Made by a program: the position numbers and the translations under genes. A stretch of DNA of 64,000 nucleotides, from the NCBI GenBank assembly GCA_947453465.1, contig CANGGL010000001.1, positions 16,337 to 80,336 of the forward strand, given 5' to 3'. This document shows positions 1 through 9,008 of this stretch, piece by piece. Each line of letters begins with the position of its first letter. The stretch's first letter is position 1. This stretch comes from Microbacteriaceae bacterium (GTDB taxonomy: Bacteria > Actinomycetota > Actinomycetes > Actinomycetales > Microbacteriaceae). The notes beneath the pieces are model-generated. The model was given only the letters and a program-made list of their open reading frames with translations, did no database searches and had not been told where the DNA came from.

Positions 1-82
1 CGATAAGACTGCCGCACGTCTTGCCAGCCAAGAAATATTGCCAAGCCAGCAATTTTTGAAGTATTGGTTATTTTCAGGAGCA

Positions 83-1288
83 TTAGCTACTAAGTTGCGC
101 TTCAATATAGTCGCTGATTTTTGTAGCCTCGGATGCCCAGTCGGTTTCTTTAGCCTTCTGTAGCCCGTTGGTTATCAAGTATTCACGCAAAGAGAAATTG
201 CCAATCAGATCCTCTATCGCATTTGCGATTGACGAAGGAAAAGGGTCAACCACAAGGCTGTTCACATTGTCCTCGCAATACCACTCGACTTGAGGTCCAG
301 AGTTTGTGACAACTGGTACTCCACAGGCCATGAGCTCTACCGGCAAATAAGACAGATTCGTGCCAGAGAGCGCAAGGCCGATGTCGCATGACCGATATAG
401 ATTTCCCAATTCTGGAACACTAACCGAACCGGATTTGGTAACTTCGAATCCTACATCACCAATGCCATCAAGGCCTGCCATCACTATTTCTATTTCAGGG
501 TGGCGAATTTTCACTTGTTTAAGCGCTTCAATTCCCAGTTCGAAACAACGGCGTTCCGTTGACGGGCGTCCGTAGAAGAATATTCGTTTAACCGAAGGGC
601 GCAAAGTCTCGGCGGGGAAAAATATCTCCCGATCCGTAGTGAACATGTAGTTGATGCCGTCTCCGCCATGGTCCTTGAAATTCTTGAGCAGCCACGGGCC
701 GCCGGTTATTCCTTTGAGTCCCTGTTCATAACTTGCCAACGCTTGCATACTTTGCGTGCCATGCGCGTAGAACAATCCCTCGTAATCCTGCATGAAGTAA
801 AAGCGAAAATCGGATTTTGGCGTGAATTTAAGCAGTGGAAAAACTGATTGCCATGTTGTCGCCACTGGGATGCAAATTTCTGGAATGTGGTCAGAATCGA
901 TAACGACTGTTAGCGAATTGCCTGGAAATGCCTTCTGCAAGCTGCTCTCAAAATATTTTTTGTCGAATCGGTTCTTGTTGTCGTAAACAAAAATTAGTTG
1001 TGGCCTTTTTTTCGACATTAGGTGCGCAAATCTAAATAACGTTAAGTGCCCTCCGCCCCAAACGTTGGTCCAAGCGGGAATGAACCAGATAACCGGAGTT
1101 TCGGAAGTGAGTGTTGTTTTTGCAAGAGTCCTTGTATTTGGCTCGAGGTCGTAAACCTCAAATCCTGGATTAAACCCCCCAGCGGTACTTACTCTAAATC
1201 TCTCGACTAGCCAAGTCCACGCGACTCTAGTGGCACGAGTAAACCCGATTGTTTTTACCAAAGATAAAAAACTGCGAATTAAGGTCAT
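83..1288 (-). CDS. GT4 glycosyltransferase (WsaF-like rhamnosyltransferase)
   Basis: GGGHLT, ATTWQS, YFMQDYE, FFYGRPSTERR and ELMACGVPVV motifs; overlaps rmlD. Confidence 0.85.
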   Translation of the reverse strand: MTLIRSFLSLVKTIGFTRATRVAWTWLVERFRVSTAGGFNPGFEVYDLEPNTRTLAKTTLTSETPVIWFIPAWTNVWGGGHLTLFRFAHLMSKKRPQLIFVYDNKNRFDKKYFESSLQKAFPGNSLTVVIDSDHIPEICIPVATTWQSVFPLLKFTPKSDFRFYFMQDYEGLFYAHGTQSMQALASYEQGLKGITGGPWLLKNFKDHGGDGINYMFTTDREIFFPAETLRPSVKRIFFYGRPSTERRCFELGIEALKQVKIRHPEIEIVMAGLDGIGDVGFEVTKSGSVSVPELGNLYRSCDIGLALSGTNLSYLPVELMACGVPVVTNSGPQVEWYCEDNVNSLVVDPFPSSIANAIEDLIGNFSLREYLITNGLQKAKETDWASEATKISDYIEAQLSS

Positions 1289-2148
1289 TTAATTACATCC
1301 CCTAAGTAATAACTGAGCTCATCTTCCCATTTCAAAAGCTCATATTTAAAAGCGTTTGGCGTCACGATGCTAGACAGCCCTTCTGAGAATCCTCTTGGAG
1401 CCGCGAGTTTGAAGCTCGAGTCTGGAACCGGCGTAATCGAGGATTTCGAACCCAGACGCCAAGCAATCTCTTTTGCTAGGTCATACCGTGAACACGGCGT
1501 TGAACTGCCACAATGGACAATTCCCGAGAAGTCACTGGCGGCAGCCTGCACAAGTAATTCTGCCAATCGAAGTGATGAAGTCAAGGAACCGAATTTATCG
1601 AATACCGCATTTACAGGTTCATCATTTTTTAACTTGTCAGAAATGATTTCTGCAAACTTTTTCACCTTGTCGCTATTACCCAACATCCATGCCGCTCGCA
1701 CGATCAAATAATTGGTGGCATTTGTGCGAATGTAGTTTTCCGCATGCAACTTTGTGATGCCATAGAAGTTTGCAGGCGTAGGAACGGAATTTTCATCGTG
1801 CAAGAATGCTCCATCACCACTAACCACTCCGGCAGAAGATACAAAAATCATCCTCGCATTATTAGTAACTGCGTAATCAGTTAGCACTTTTGTGGATTCA
1901 TAGTTCCGGAGAAGCGCCAGCGATGGTTCGAGTTCACAGAGGTCAACATTTGTTTCCGCAGCGAGGTGCACGATGCAATTCACAGTATTACGTTCGAGGT
2001 ACTCTCGAATGTTGGCTAAGTCATCTAGTGAGAGATCTTGACGGCTAGGAGCCAAGTACGCAATTTTTGCCTCATCCAAAAGGCGTCTAACTTGCCGGCC
2101 AACTTGGCCTGATCCTCCTGTCAGCAGAATCAATCTGTCCCCTGTCAT
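1285..2148 (-). CDS. rfbD: dTDP-4-dehydrorhamnose reductase
   Basis: TGGSGQVG Rossmann motif, HLAAETNVDLCE, YGITK (YxxxK), AAPRG. Confidence 0.85.
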   Translation of the reverse strand: MTGDRLILLTGGSGQVGRQVRRLLDEAKIAYLAPSRQDLSLDDLANIREYLERNTVNCIVHLAAETNVDLCELEPSLALLRNYESTKVLTDYAVTNNARMIFVSSAGVVSGDGAFLHDENSVPTPANFYGITKLHAENYIRTNATNYLIVRAAWMLGNSDKVKKFAEIISDKLKNDEPVNAVFDKFGSLTSSLRLAELLVQAAASDFSGIVHCGSSTPCSRYDLAKEIAWRLGSKSSITPVPDSSFKLAAPRGFSEGLSSIVTPNAFKYELLKWEDELSYYLGDVIK

Positions 2149-2261
2149 CCGTGACTCAACTCACGAAAATTGCTCCAAACCAAAACGAGCCCGACTTTAC
2201 CCGTTGATGAGCAAAGTCTACCTGACCTTTGAATTGCCTTCGAATTGGCAATCGAATTGAT

Positions 2262-3632
2262 TTACTTCTTGACCTGAACCATCAAGGTGGTTGCCTTGGC
2301 ATAGTTGATGCCGGTGAGGCTGGTTGAGACCCAGCCGGTGGCAACCTTTGTGGTTGACTTCTGGCCAACTGCGTTGCCCTTTAGTGAGCCGCCCTTGAGC
2401 AGGCCGAAGGTGCAGCGGGCAAAGTCATCGGCCAAGATTAGGTCGAATGAGCCTGAATCTGCCTTGGCGTCTGGGTTATTGAGCATGCCGTTGATGATCT
2501 GCTTTAGAACACCGGCGCTGCGGGTTGGGTTGAAGCTGTCGGCAATCATTGCATCGGTGGCAACTAGGCCGGCGATGCCAGAGGCCGCCTTGCACTTGGT
2601 TGGCTGGGTGATGCGAGTGTCATCTTGGTTGGTGACAGCCCAGAAGGTGCGAATGCCGGTGGCCTTGTTGCCCGCTGCGGTGCGAAGGGCGGTGACGTTC
2701 TTGGTGGTGTCAAGTGAGTAATCGAACATGCCCTTAGGCGCGCCACCCACGTTTAGACCGGCAGGCACGCTTGCAGTGCTGAGCTTGAGGCTGAGCTGCT
2801 GAACGTTAACCGGGTTGGCGTCAACACTGAGTGAGATCTGGTTTGTGCCGGCAGCCTTTGCAACAGCCAGGGTTGGCTTTGCTAGACGACCCGAGAGGAA
2901 CTGCTCGGTTGGCTTGCCTAGACGGAAGGTTAGGCCAACGCGGGTTGCGGTGTCGAAATCTTGCAGTTCACCACAGGTGCCGTTTTCGACCCAGGCGCAG
3001 TTGAGCTCACGCTGGTCATCGATGTAAGTTTTTGCTCCAACTTTGGTGATCTTGGCGGCGGTGTAGCTGCCAGTGATTTGGGTATAAGGGTTGACCACTG
3101 CCGAGAAGGTGTTGGCGACGAGCTTGCCGTTGGTGATCTGGACCTGAACCTCGACGCTGACCGCGTAGGTCTTGCCATCGGCGCCGGTCCATAGTGTGGT
3201 GGCACCGCCGGCTGGGATGCCGGTGGCCAGGGTTGCTGCGTTGACCGGTGCGGTTGGGGCCGAAATCTGGCGGATTAGGGTTGCCGGAGCCTTAGTGCCC
3301 TTATAGATGTTGACGGTGTCTAGGCAGAGAATCTGGGTGGCCGAGGTGCAGACCGGCAGGACGTATGAGCCATTGAAGATGTCGGTGGCGACGTTGGCAC
3401 ATGGGCTCTCACCGAGGGTCTCGCAGAGCTGGTCTTTTGAGTTGAACAGGGTGCTGTAACCCTGGGTGCTCACGAAGTTTTCTTGTGAGTCAACCGCAAA
3501 GGTTGTCTTGGTTAGATTGTCAGCGGCGGTTGGCCAGTAGACGGCTGCGTTGGCGGCCGCAGCGGTGGTTAGTGCAAGTGTGATGGCAGCAACTGCTGCA
3601 ATGGCCCCCCGGGCAATCTTTTGTGTAGACAT
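2262..3632 (-). CDS. Secreted hypothetical protein, Thr/Ala-rich with paired Cys
   Basis: Signal peptide ending AANA-A; host-like codon usage. Confidence 0.75.
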   Translation of the reverse strand: MSTQKIARGAIAAVAAITLALTTAAAANAAVYWPTAADNLTKTTFAVDSQENFVSTQGYSTLFNSKDQLCETLGESPCANVATDIFNGSYVLPVCTSATQILCLDTVNIYKGTKAPATLIRQISAPTAPVNAATLATGIPAGGATTLWTGADGKTYAVSVEVQVQITNGKLVANTFSAVVNPYTQITGSYTAAKITKVGAKTYIDDQRELNCAWVENGTCGELQDFDTATRVGLTFRLGKPTEQFLSGRLAKPTLAVAKAAGTNQISLSVDANPVNVQQLSLKLSTASVPAGLNVGGAPKGMFDYSLDTTKNVTALRTAAGNKATGIRTFWAVTNQDDTRITQPTKCKAASGIAGLVATDAMIADSFNPTRSAGVLKQIINGMLNNPDAKADSGSFDLILADDFARCTFGLLKGGSLKGNAVGQKSTTKVATGWVSTSLTGINYAKATTLMVQVKK

Positions 3633-3641
3633 ATAACTAAT

Positions 3642-4859
3642 CTATGCGCCGATGATAAATATGACTGCACTTTTTACCCCGATTTTTACCAGAGTTCTTT
3701 GAAGGGTCAGCGGGAGAGACTGCCATATTTTCGCAGCTGTGGCGATTAGCGGTGGGGCAAACCAATAGAACACCTCGCGCGCCTCGAGGCGGTTGATGCT
3801 TGTGTCGGTGCGATTGCGGTTTTGCCAGGTGCCCTTGGCGCGTGTAAGCCAGGGTTTGACTCTTGGCCAACTGCCTGAAGTTAGGGCATATCTGAGGTCT
3901 CGCGGGTAAAGATGCAGAACTTCATCGGAGTGCGCGCTTGGGCTAACGATTCTTCGGGTTTGTTCACCCAACATGAGTTCGACCCAGTCGACACCGAAGC
4001 GATTGCCAAACTGATGCCAGCTGTTTGGGCGAGGGTCTAACTCGAAAAGACTGTGAGTTCCGGACATTGGTGACCAAATCAAGGCGCAGTTGAAGAGACC
4101 GTTGAGTTTGGCATTGGCACCGATTTGGTTCAACGTGCCCTCGAAATCTCGGACAATTGGGTTGCAATAGCGCCTTACGGTTGACGGGCCAAACTCACCC
4201 ATGGTTTCGAGCATCTCAGAATAGAGCCATGCAACTAGCTGGCCGCCACGAAACAGAGCCTCGATTGACACTTCAGTGCCAGAAATGAATTCTTGAACCA
4301 CGAGCGGAAACCATTCGACTGGAATCTGGCCTAATTCAGCAGTGTCGGTCTCAGTGAATTTGCGCACTCTGCTTCCCCCGCCATAGAGGTCGCCTTTGAT
4401 TAGAAAGTCACCCTTGATGGATGCAGTTGCTGCCATAAGTTTCTCTGGAGCTTCGACCACGATAGATTTTGGAACCGAAATATTTAGTCGGTTCATCGTG
4501 TTGGCTAGACCGACTTTGGAGCCCAGAAGTTCGAGACCAGCTTCGGCATGCACCGGCAAGAGTTTTAGTTTGTCTATGAGCGGTATGCCCGACCTAGATA
4601 GTGCACCTATCGTTTCATCATCACTAAAGATGACCCAATCTGCTTGCTGTTCAAGAATAGTTTTGTAGTTGGCGATCACAGTGTCTTGCCATAGTTCAAT
4701 TGGATCAATTGCCGGGAGTTCAATGAACTCATTTATGAAGCGGCTTCGCCTAAGCGAACAATTCTTAGGACCTAAGACAACGATTTCAAGTGCTGGGCGG
4801 GCAAATGTTTCGGGCAGTCGATTTATCAGCTCACCTGTGCCGACAAACGCGATTTTCAT
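3642..4859 (-). CDS. ATP-grasp domain protein
   Basis: LIKGDLYGGGSRV, VVQEFISG and LFELDPR motifs. Confidence 0.75.
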   Translation of the reverse strand: MKIAFVGTGELINRLPETFARPALEIVVLGPKNCSLRRSRFINEFIELPAIDPIELWQDTVIANYKTILEQQADWVIFSDDETIGALSRSGIPLIDKLKLLPVHAEAGLELLGSKVGLANTMNRLNISVPKSIVVEAPEKLMAATASIKGDFLIKGDLYGGGSRVRKFTETDTAELGQIPVEWFPLVVQEFISGTEVSIEALFRGGQLVAWLYSEMLETMGEFGPSTVRRYCNPIVRDFEGTLNQIGANAKLNGLFNCALIWSPMSGTHSLFELDPRPNSWHQFGNRFGVDWVELMLGEQTRRIVSPSAHSDEVLHLYPRDLRYALTSGSWPRVKPWLTRAKGTWQNRNRTDTSINRLEAREVFYWFAPPLIATAAKIWQSLPLTLQRTLVKIGVKSAVIFIIGA

Positions 4860-4907
4860 AGAACAAGGCTAACTTCCAACTTGCTATTGAACTTGCAACC
4901 GACTTAC

Positions 4908-5045
4908 CCGCACGTTCGTGCGGCTTTTTCGCATTTTCACATTCATTTGGGGTAGATAAAGTCAATTTCCGCACGTTCGTGCGGTATTTGCTTGACGCGG
5001 CAAGTTTTGGGCCCTAGTTTGGTAGAAAGACGCACGAACGTGCGG
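4908..5045 (+). promoter_or_regulatory. hipBA promoter with three palindromic operators
   Basis: CCGCACGTTCGTGCGG at 4908 and 4969, ACGCACGAACGTGCGG at 5030; TTGACG(4992)-N17-TAGTTT(5015). Confidence 0.85.
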
Positions 5046-5046
5046 G

Positions 5047-5262
5047 TTGGAGGGAATCGTGGAACTTCGTGAGCTAGTAACTTCACGCCGAAAGAAACTA
5101 AGAATTTCCCAGATTGAGCTTGCTGAAATGAGCGGGGTTTCAGAAAGATTCGTTTACGCGCTCGAAAAAGGCAAAATGTCTGTGTCTCTTGAGAAGGTGA
5201 TTGCCGTGACCGAAGCGCTTGGTCTCGACATGAAATTTGAGATTGCTAAGGAACCGAGATGA
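5047..5262 (+). CDS. hipB: HipB-like XRE HTH antitoxin (start may be GTG at 5059)
   Basis: RRKKLRISQIELAEMSGVSERFVYALEKGK HTH; stop overlaps hipA start. Confidence 0.85.
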   Translation: MEGIVELRELVTSRRKKLRISQIELAEMSGVSERFVYALEKGKMSVSLEKVIAVTEALGLDMKFEIAKEPR

Positions 5263-6500
5263 TTGTCGAATCAGCCTCCGTTTTCAAGGCCGGTCGGTTG
5301 GCTGGTCATATTGATCGCACCCTCGAAGGCACAACATTTAGCTATTCAACCGAATATTTAGCTGAGGGCGGGCCGTCTATCGCGAGCACGCTACCGCTTA
5401 GCGACAAGCCGTTTGTGAATGGGTCAGGCGCTGTGCCGCCATTCTTTGCAGGGCTGTTGCCAGAAGGACGTCGCCTAACCTCGTTGATCATGCGTTTGAA
5501 AACTTCGGCCGACGATGAGCTCACGTTGGTGACCGCCGTTGGGTCGAACACCATTGGTGATGTGCAAATATTTGAGGCTGGACAGCAGCGGCCTTTGGTG
5601 TCGGTTGAGCCCATAGTTGCACTACCGAGAGACATGGCCATTGCCAGTTTCGACCGCCTGCTGGAAGAAAGCTTAGACGTCGAACGAATCGGTCTACCCG
5701 GCGTTCAAGACAAAGTGTCAGGTCGAATGATCACTTTGCCAGCCAAAGCATCGACGGATAGTTTCATTCTGAAATTTGACCCACCAGAGTTTCCGCAACT
5801 CGTGGAGAACGAACACTTCTTTCTGGCACTTGCAAGGAAAGCTGGGCTGGATGTCGAACAGAGCCAATTGCTTACGGATTCAACCGGCAAAAAAGCGCTC
5901 TTGGCAACTCGCTTTGATCGGCTAGGTGGCGGCGAGACCGCAACGAGCTTGGCCGTTGAAGACGCCTGTCAGGCTCTGGGATACTGGCCAAAAGACAAAT
6001 ACAAGCCGAGTGCCGAAAAGGCCGCCAAGGCCTTGATCAGACTCTCGGCCGCAAAGCCCGCCGCCGCGGGTGCCTTGCTAGGCCAGATGCTGTTTGCCTG
6101 GCTGACCGGCAATGGTGACGCACACACAAAGAATTTCTCAGTTCTAGGCATCGACGGTGAATTTGCTGTCGCCCCCGCTTATGACCTTCCGTCATCGGTG
6201 TTTTATGACATCGATTCGACGATGGCGCTTTCGGTAATGGGCCACAAGGCAGGCATCTCAGGAAAAATTTGGCAGAGTTTTGCCGAAGAACTCGGCCTTA
6301 AACCTGCATTTGCCAGACGCGTCATGCGAGAGGTGCTGGCCGCAACCGAAGGGCTAGACGAGCAGATTGCGGCAGGATTCTTGGACTTTGATGCCCAGAC
6401 CTGCAAGAAAGCAGCACGTGAAATCAAAAATAGACGCCGCTTGACGCTTGAGGGGTGGCCAGAGCTAGTGCAAACACTGGCCGGACATCGCCTTAATTGA
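5259..6500 (+). CDS. hipA: HipA-family kinase toxin
   Basis: N-terminal PPFFAGLLPEG; GVQDK, GNGDAHTKNFS and APAYD kinase motifs. Confidence 0.92.
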   Translation: MIVESASVFKAGRLAGHIDRTLEGTTFSYSTEYLAEGGPSIASTLPLSDKPFVNGSGAVPPFFAGLLPEGRRLTSLIMRLKTSADDELTLVTAVGSNTIGDVQIFEAGQQRPLVSVEPIVALPRDMAIASFDRLLEESLDVERIGLPGVQDKVSGRMITLPAKASTDSFILKFDPPEFPQLVENEHFFLALARKAGLDVEQSQLLTDSTGKKALLATRFDRLGGGETATSLAVEDACQALGYWPKDKYKPSAEKAAKALIRLSAAKPAAAGALLGQMLFAWLTGNGDAHTKNFSVLGIDGEFAVAPAYDLPSSVFYDIDSTMALSVMGHKAGISGKIWQSFAEELGLKPAFARRVMREVLAATEGLDEQIAAGFLDFDAQTCKKAAREIKNRRRLTLEGWPELVQTLAGHRLN

Positions 6501-6557
6501 CGGGCTTAACCTAAGGAAACTTAAGGCTTTTAACAGGGTCGTCTGACAGAATGGAAC

Positions 6558-6635
6558 TGTAGATGTAAACCAAGCCGTCTACAAGGGAAAGATTCGGGAC
6601 CCATGAATTCGGGGCCTCGGGTCTTTTTCCCATTT
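6558..6635 (+). ncRNA. Candidate two-hairpin small RNA
   Basis: TGTAGATG...CGTCTACA stem (6558-6583), then a GGGAAAGA...TCTTTTTCCC stem (6585-6631); TGnCAGAAT just upstream. Confidence 0.35.
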
Positions 6636-6681
6636 AACGATCAGACTTCACTGAGTGGTCTAACGGGGTTAGCCTTATCAG

Positions 6682-7998
6682 ATGATTAAGCGCGTGGCTT
6701 TCGTCACCTTTTATTACGAGGCTTGGGATGCCCTGGCCGAGGTCTATCAGCGCATGCTCGATGACCCGCGGTTTGAGGTTTTGGTGGTTGCCATCCCCCG
6801 CAAGTTGACCGGTGACGCGGCTTGGGACGATGCATCCGGGGTCAGTGATTTTTTTGCGGCTTTGGGCATTGACCATGTGATTGGCTCGGCCGATGCCTCT
6901 GAGTTGCGCGAGTGGGCGCCCGACTATGTGTTTATCAACTATCCGTGGCAGCGCAACTATCAGAAGGCCTATCGGGCCGATGAGTTGGTTAAGTTCACGC
7001 GCCTGGCCTATGTGCCTTACTATTCATTGCCGCTGGTGATTGAGCCTGACGCTGGGGGGCACGCCGTTGGCGGTCATGCGGTTGGTGGGCATGGTGCCGG
7101 CCGAGATGTTGCGCCGCACCTTTTCACTCAGCGCTCTCATCAACTGGCATCTCTGGTTTTCACGCAAGATCGGTTTATTCGCGACGCCTATGCTGGCACC
7201 TCGCGCGGGGCAGATCACGTTTTCTTCACCGGGTCACCAAAGGTTGATGCCTTGATTCACGCGGCTGAGGCAATTGCCGAGGGTGGTGTTGGCGCTGGCA
7301 TTGGCGCCCATGCGGTTGAGACCGCGGCTCACCGGCATGCCTCGGGCGGCCGGCCTCGAGTGGTTTGGGCACCCCACCACAGTTATTCTCCACAGTGGTT
7401 GAACTTTGGCACCTTTGCACAGAATTACCTTGAGGCTCTCGAATGGGCCACCGAGCACCCTGAAATTGATGTTGTGTTGAGACCGCATCCGTTTATGTTT
7501 GGCACACTGGTTGACCGCGAGGTGATCAGTGACTCTGACCTAGACGCCTGGCTTGCTGGCTGGGATGCCCTGCCGAACACCTCGATTGACTCGGCCTCGG
7601 GCCCGGCTGAACTGTTTGTTGGCTGCGATGTTTTGTTGACCGATGGCATTTCTTTCTTGGCGGAGTACCCGCTGGTCACCGGCAAACCTTCGGTGTTTGT
7701 CGAGAACCAGGGCCACTGGGAGTTCTCGGAGCTTGGCGAATTGGCCGCTCAGGCATCGGTGCGGTTGACCTCGTTTGCCGAGTTTGCCGCCGGGTTTGAT
7801 TTCATTCTCGAAGCCGGGTTGCCAGATCGCTCGGCCGAAATTGCTGCGCTGCGTGAGGCGGCTGCGCCGTATCCGGGTGAATCGGCTGCGCGGATTGTTG
7901 AGATTGTTGCCGCTGACCACTCAGGTTTGGTTGACCCATCGGTTGTGTTGGAAACCCCCTGGGAGCGCCTGCCCGGGCGTGAACCGCTGGACGACTAG
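6682..7998 (+). CDS. CDP-glycerol glycerophosphotransferase (TagF-like) family protein
   Basis: TGSPKVD, WAPHHS, LRPHP and DVLLTDGISFLAEY motifs. Confidence 0.8.
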   Translation: MIKRVAFVTFYYEAWDALAEVYQRMLDDPRFEVLVVAIPRKLTGDAAWDDASGVSDFFAALGIDHVIGSADASELREWAPDYVFINYPWQRNYQKAYRADELVKFTRLAYVPYYSLPLVIEPDAGGHAVGGHAVGGHGAGRDVAPHLFTQRSHQLASLVFTQDRFIRDAYAGTSRGADHVFFTGSPKVDALIHAAEAIAEGGVGAGIGAHAVETAAHRHASGGRPRVVWAPHHSYSPQWLNFGTFAQNYLEALEWATEHPEIDVVLRPHPFMFGTLVDREVISDSDLDAWLAGWDALPNTSIDSASGPAELFVGCDVLLTDGISFLAEYPLVTGKPSVFVENQGHWEFSELGELAAQASVRLTSFAEFAAGFDFILEAGLPDRSAEIAALREAAAPYPGESAARIVEIVAADHSGLVDPSVVLETPWERLPGREPLDD

Positions 7999-8082
7999 AA
8001 GTGGATCGAGTGCATTCACAACGTGATTTAGCAAGTGGGGAAAACTCTTACTAATGTCTGCCGATTCTGTTATTCTTCTAAA

Positions 8083-8132
8083 TACAACACCCGCCACGCC
8101 TCTCCACGATGCGCATCAGGCGGGTTTTTTCT
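8083..8132 (+). ncRNA. abiF-type structured leader RNA / putative RNA antitoxin
   Basis: ACCCGCC(8089)...GGCGGGT(8125) stem with internal GCCTCT and TGCGCA, followed by a U-run; TGnTATTCT -10 at 8068-8076; directly upstream of the Abi gene. Confidence 0.6.
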
Positions 8133-8144
8133 TAGGCGGCATCG

Positions 8145-9008
8145 ATGGAATTCGATAAGCGTGCGAAAACTTCGCAGGAGCTGCTCGAGCAGTTGATCGA
8201 TCGCGGAATGTTGATTGAAGATCAACCACAAGCACTTCAATGGCTGGAGCACGTCAATTACTATCGCCTAACGCCATACTGGTTGCCTTATCGGGCCAAT
8301 GACAGGTTCAGAGCGCACACCACATTTAGTGAAGTTATCCAGCATTACGAATTCGATAGGCGGCTTCGCGCGCTCCTTTTCAATTCGATTGAACGTGTTG
8401 AAATTTCACTCCGCAGGACTCTGTCGTCGACCCTCACCTTAAAGTACGGTGCATTCGCCCACCTAGACCAGGAATTAGTTAGGGATCAGAATAAGTGGCG
8501 TTACACGCTCAAAACGCTCAGCGACGCCTACCTAAACAGCAACGAAGTTTTTGCCGTGCACCACAGGGAAAAATATCCTCACCTGAAGCTGCCGCCGCTG
8601 TGGGTTGCCGTTGAACTTACTACGTTCGGCATGTTGAGGAATATGTACCAAAACCTGGAAAGCCGAGCTGATCGCCAAGCAGTCGCTGTCCATTACAAAA
8701 TAGATGAAAGCATTTTTATCTCCCTCCTCAAGCACCTCGAATCAGTAAGGAACACTTGCGCTCATCACTCACGCGTCTGGAATAGAAAATTTGTGATCAA
8801 GACCAAACTTCCGAGCCCGACTAATTTCAAGTCTTCCAAGACCTTGAATAGAGGATCCGATGCGACTGGCCGCATTTACAACACAATCATTTTGTTGGAT
8901 TATCTCGAGTCAGTCATTTTAGGCACTGGGGAGCTGTTCCAATTAGTCTCAGAGCTACTCGAAGAACATCCATCGGTAAATCGAACGAACATGGGGTATC
9001 CGATTTGA
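8145..9008 (+). CDS. AbiD/AbiF-like (Abi_2) HEPN ribonuclease
   Basis: VNYYRL, YEFDRRLR, IERVEISLR, PLWVAVE, HEPN motif RNTCAH; lower GC than flanks. Confidence 0.9.
   Translation: MEFDKRAKTSQELLEQLIDRGMLIEDQPQALQWLEHVNYYRLTPYWLPYRANDRFRAHTTFSEVIQHYEFDRRLRALLFNSIERVEISLRRTLSSTLTLKYGAFAHLDQELVRDQNKWRYTLKTLSDAYLNSNEVFAVHHREKYPHLKLPPLWVAVELTTFGMLRNMYQNLESRADRQAVAVHYKIDESIFISLLKHLESVRNTCAHHSRVWNRKFVIKTKLPSPTNFKSSKTLNRGSDATGRIYNTIILLDYLESVILGTGELFQLVSELLEEHPSVNRTNMGYPI

Noticed and set aside
4908-5045. Mini CRISPR array (three palindromic repeats at a regular period)
   Set aside because: The repeats are only 16 bp, flank a promoter directly upstream of hipB, and there are no cas genes; operators fit better.
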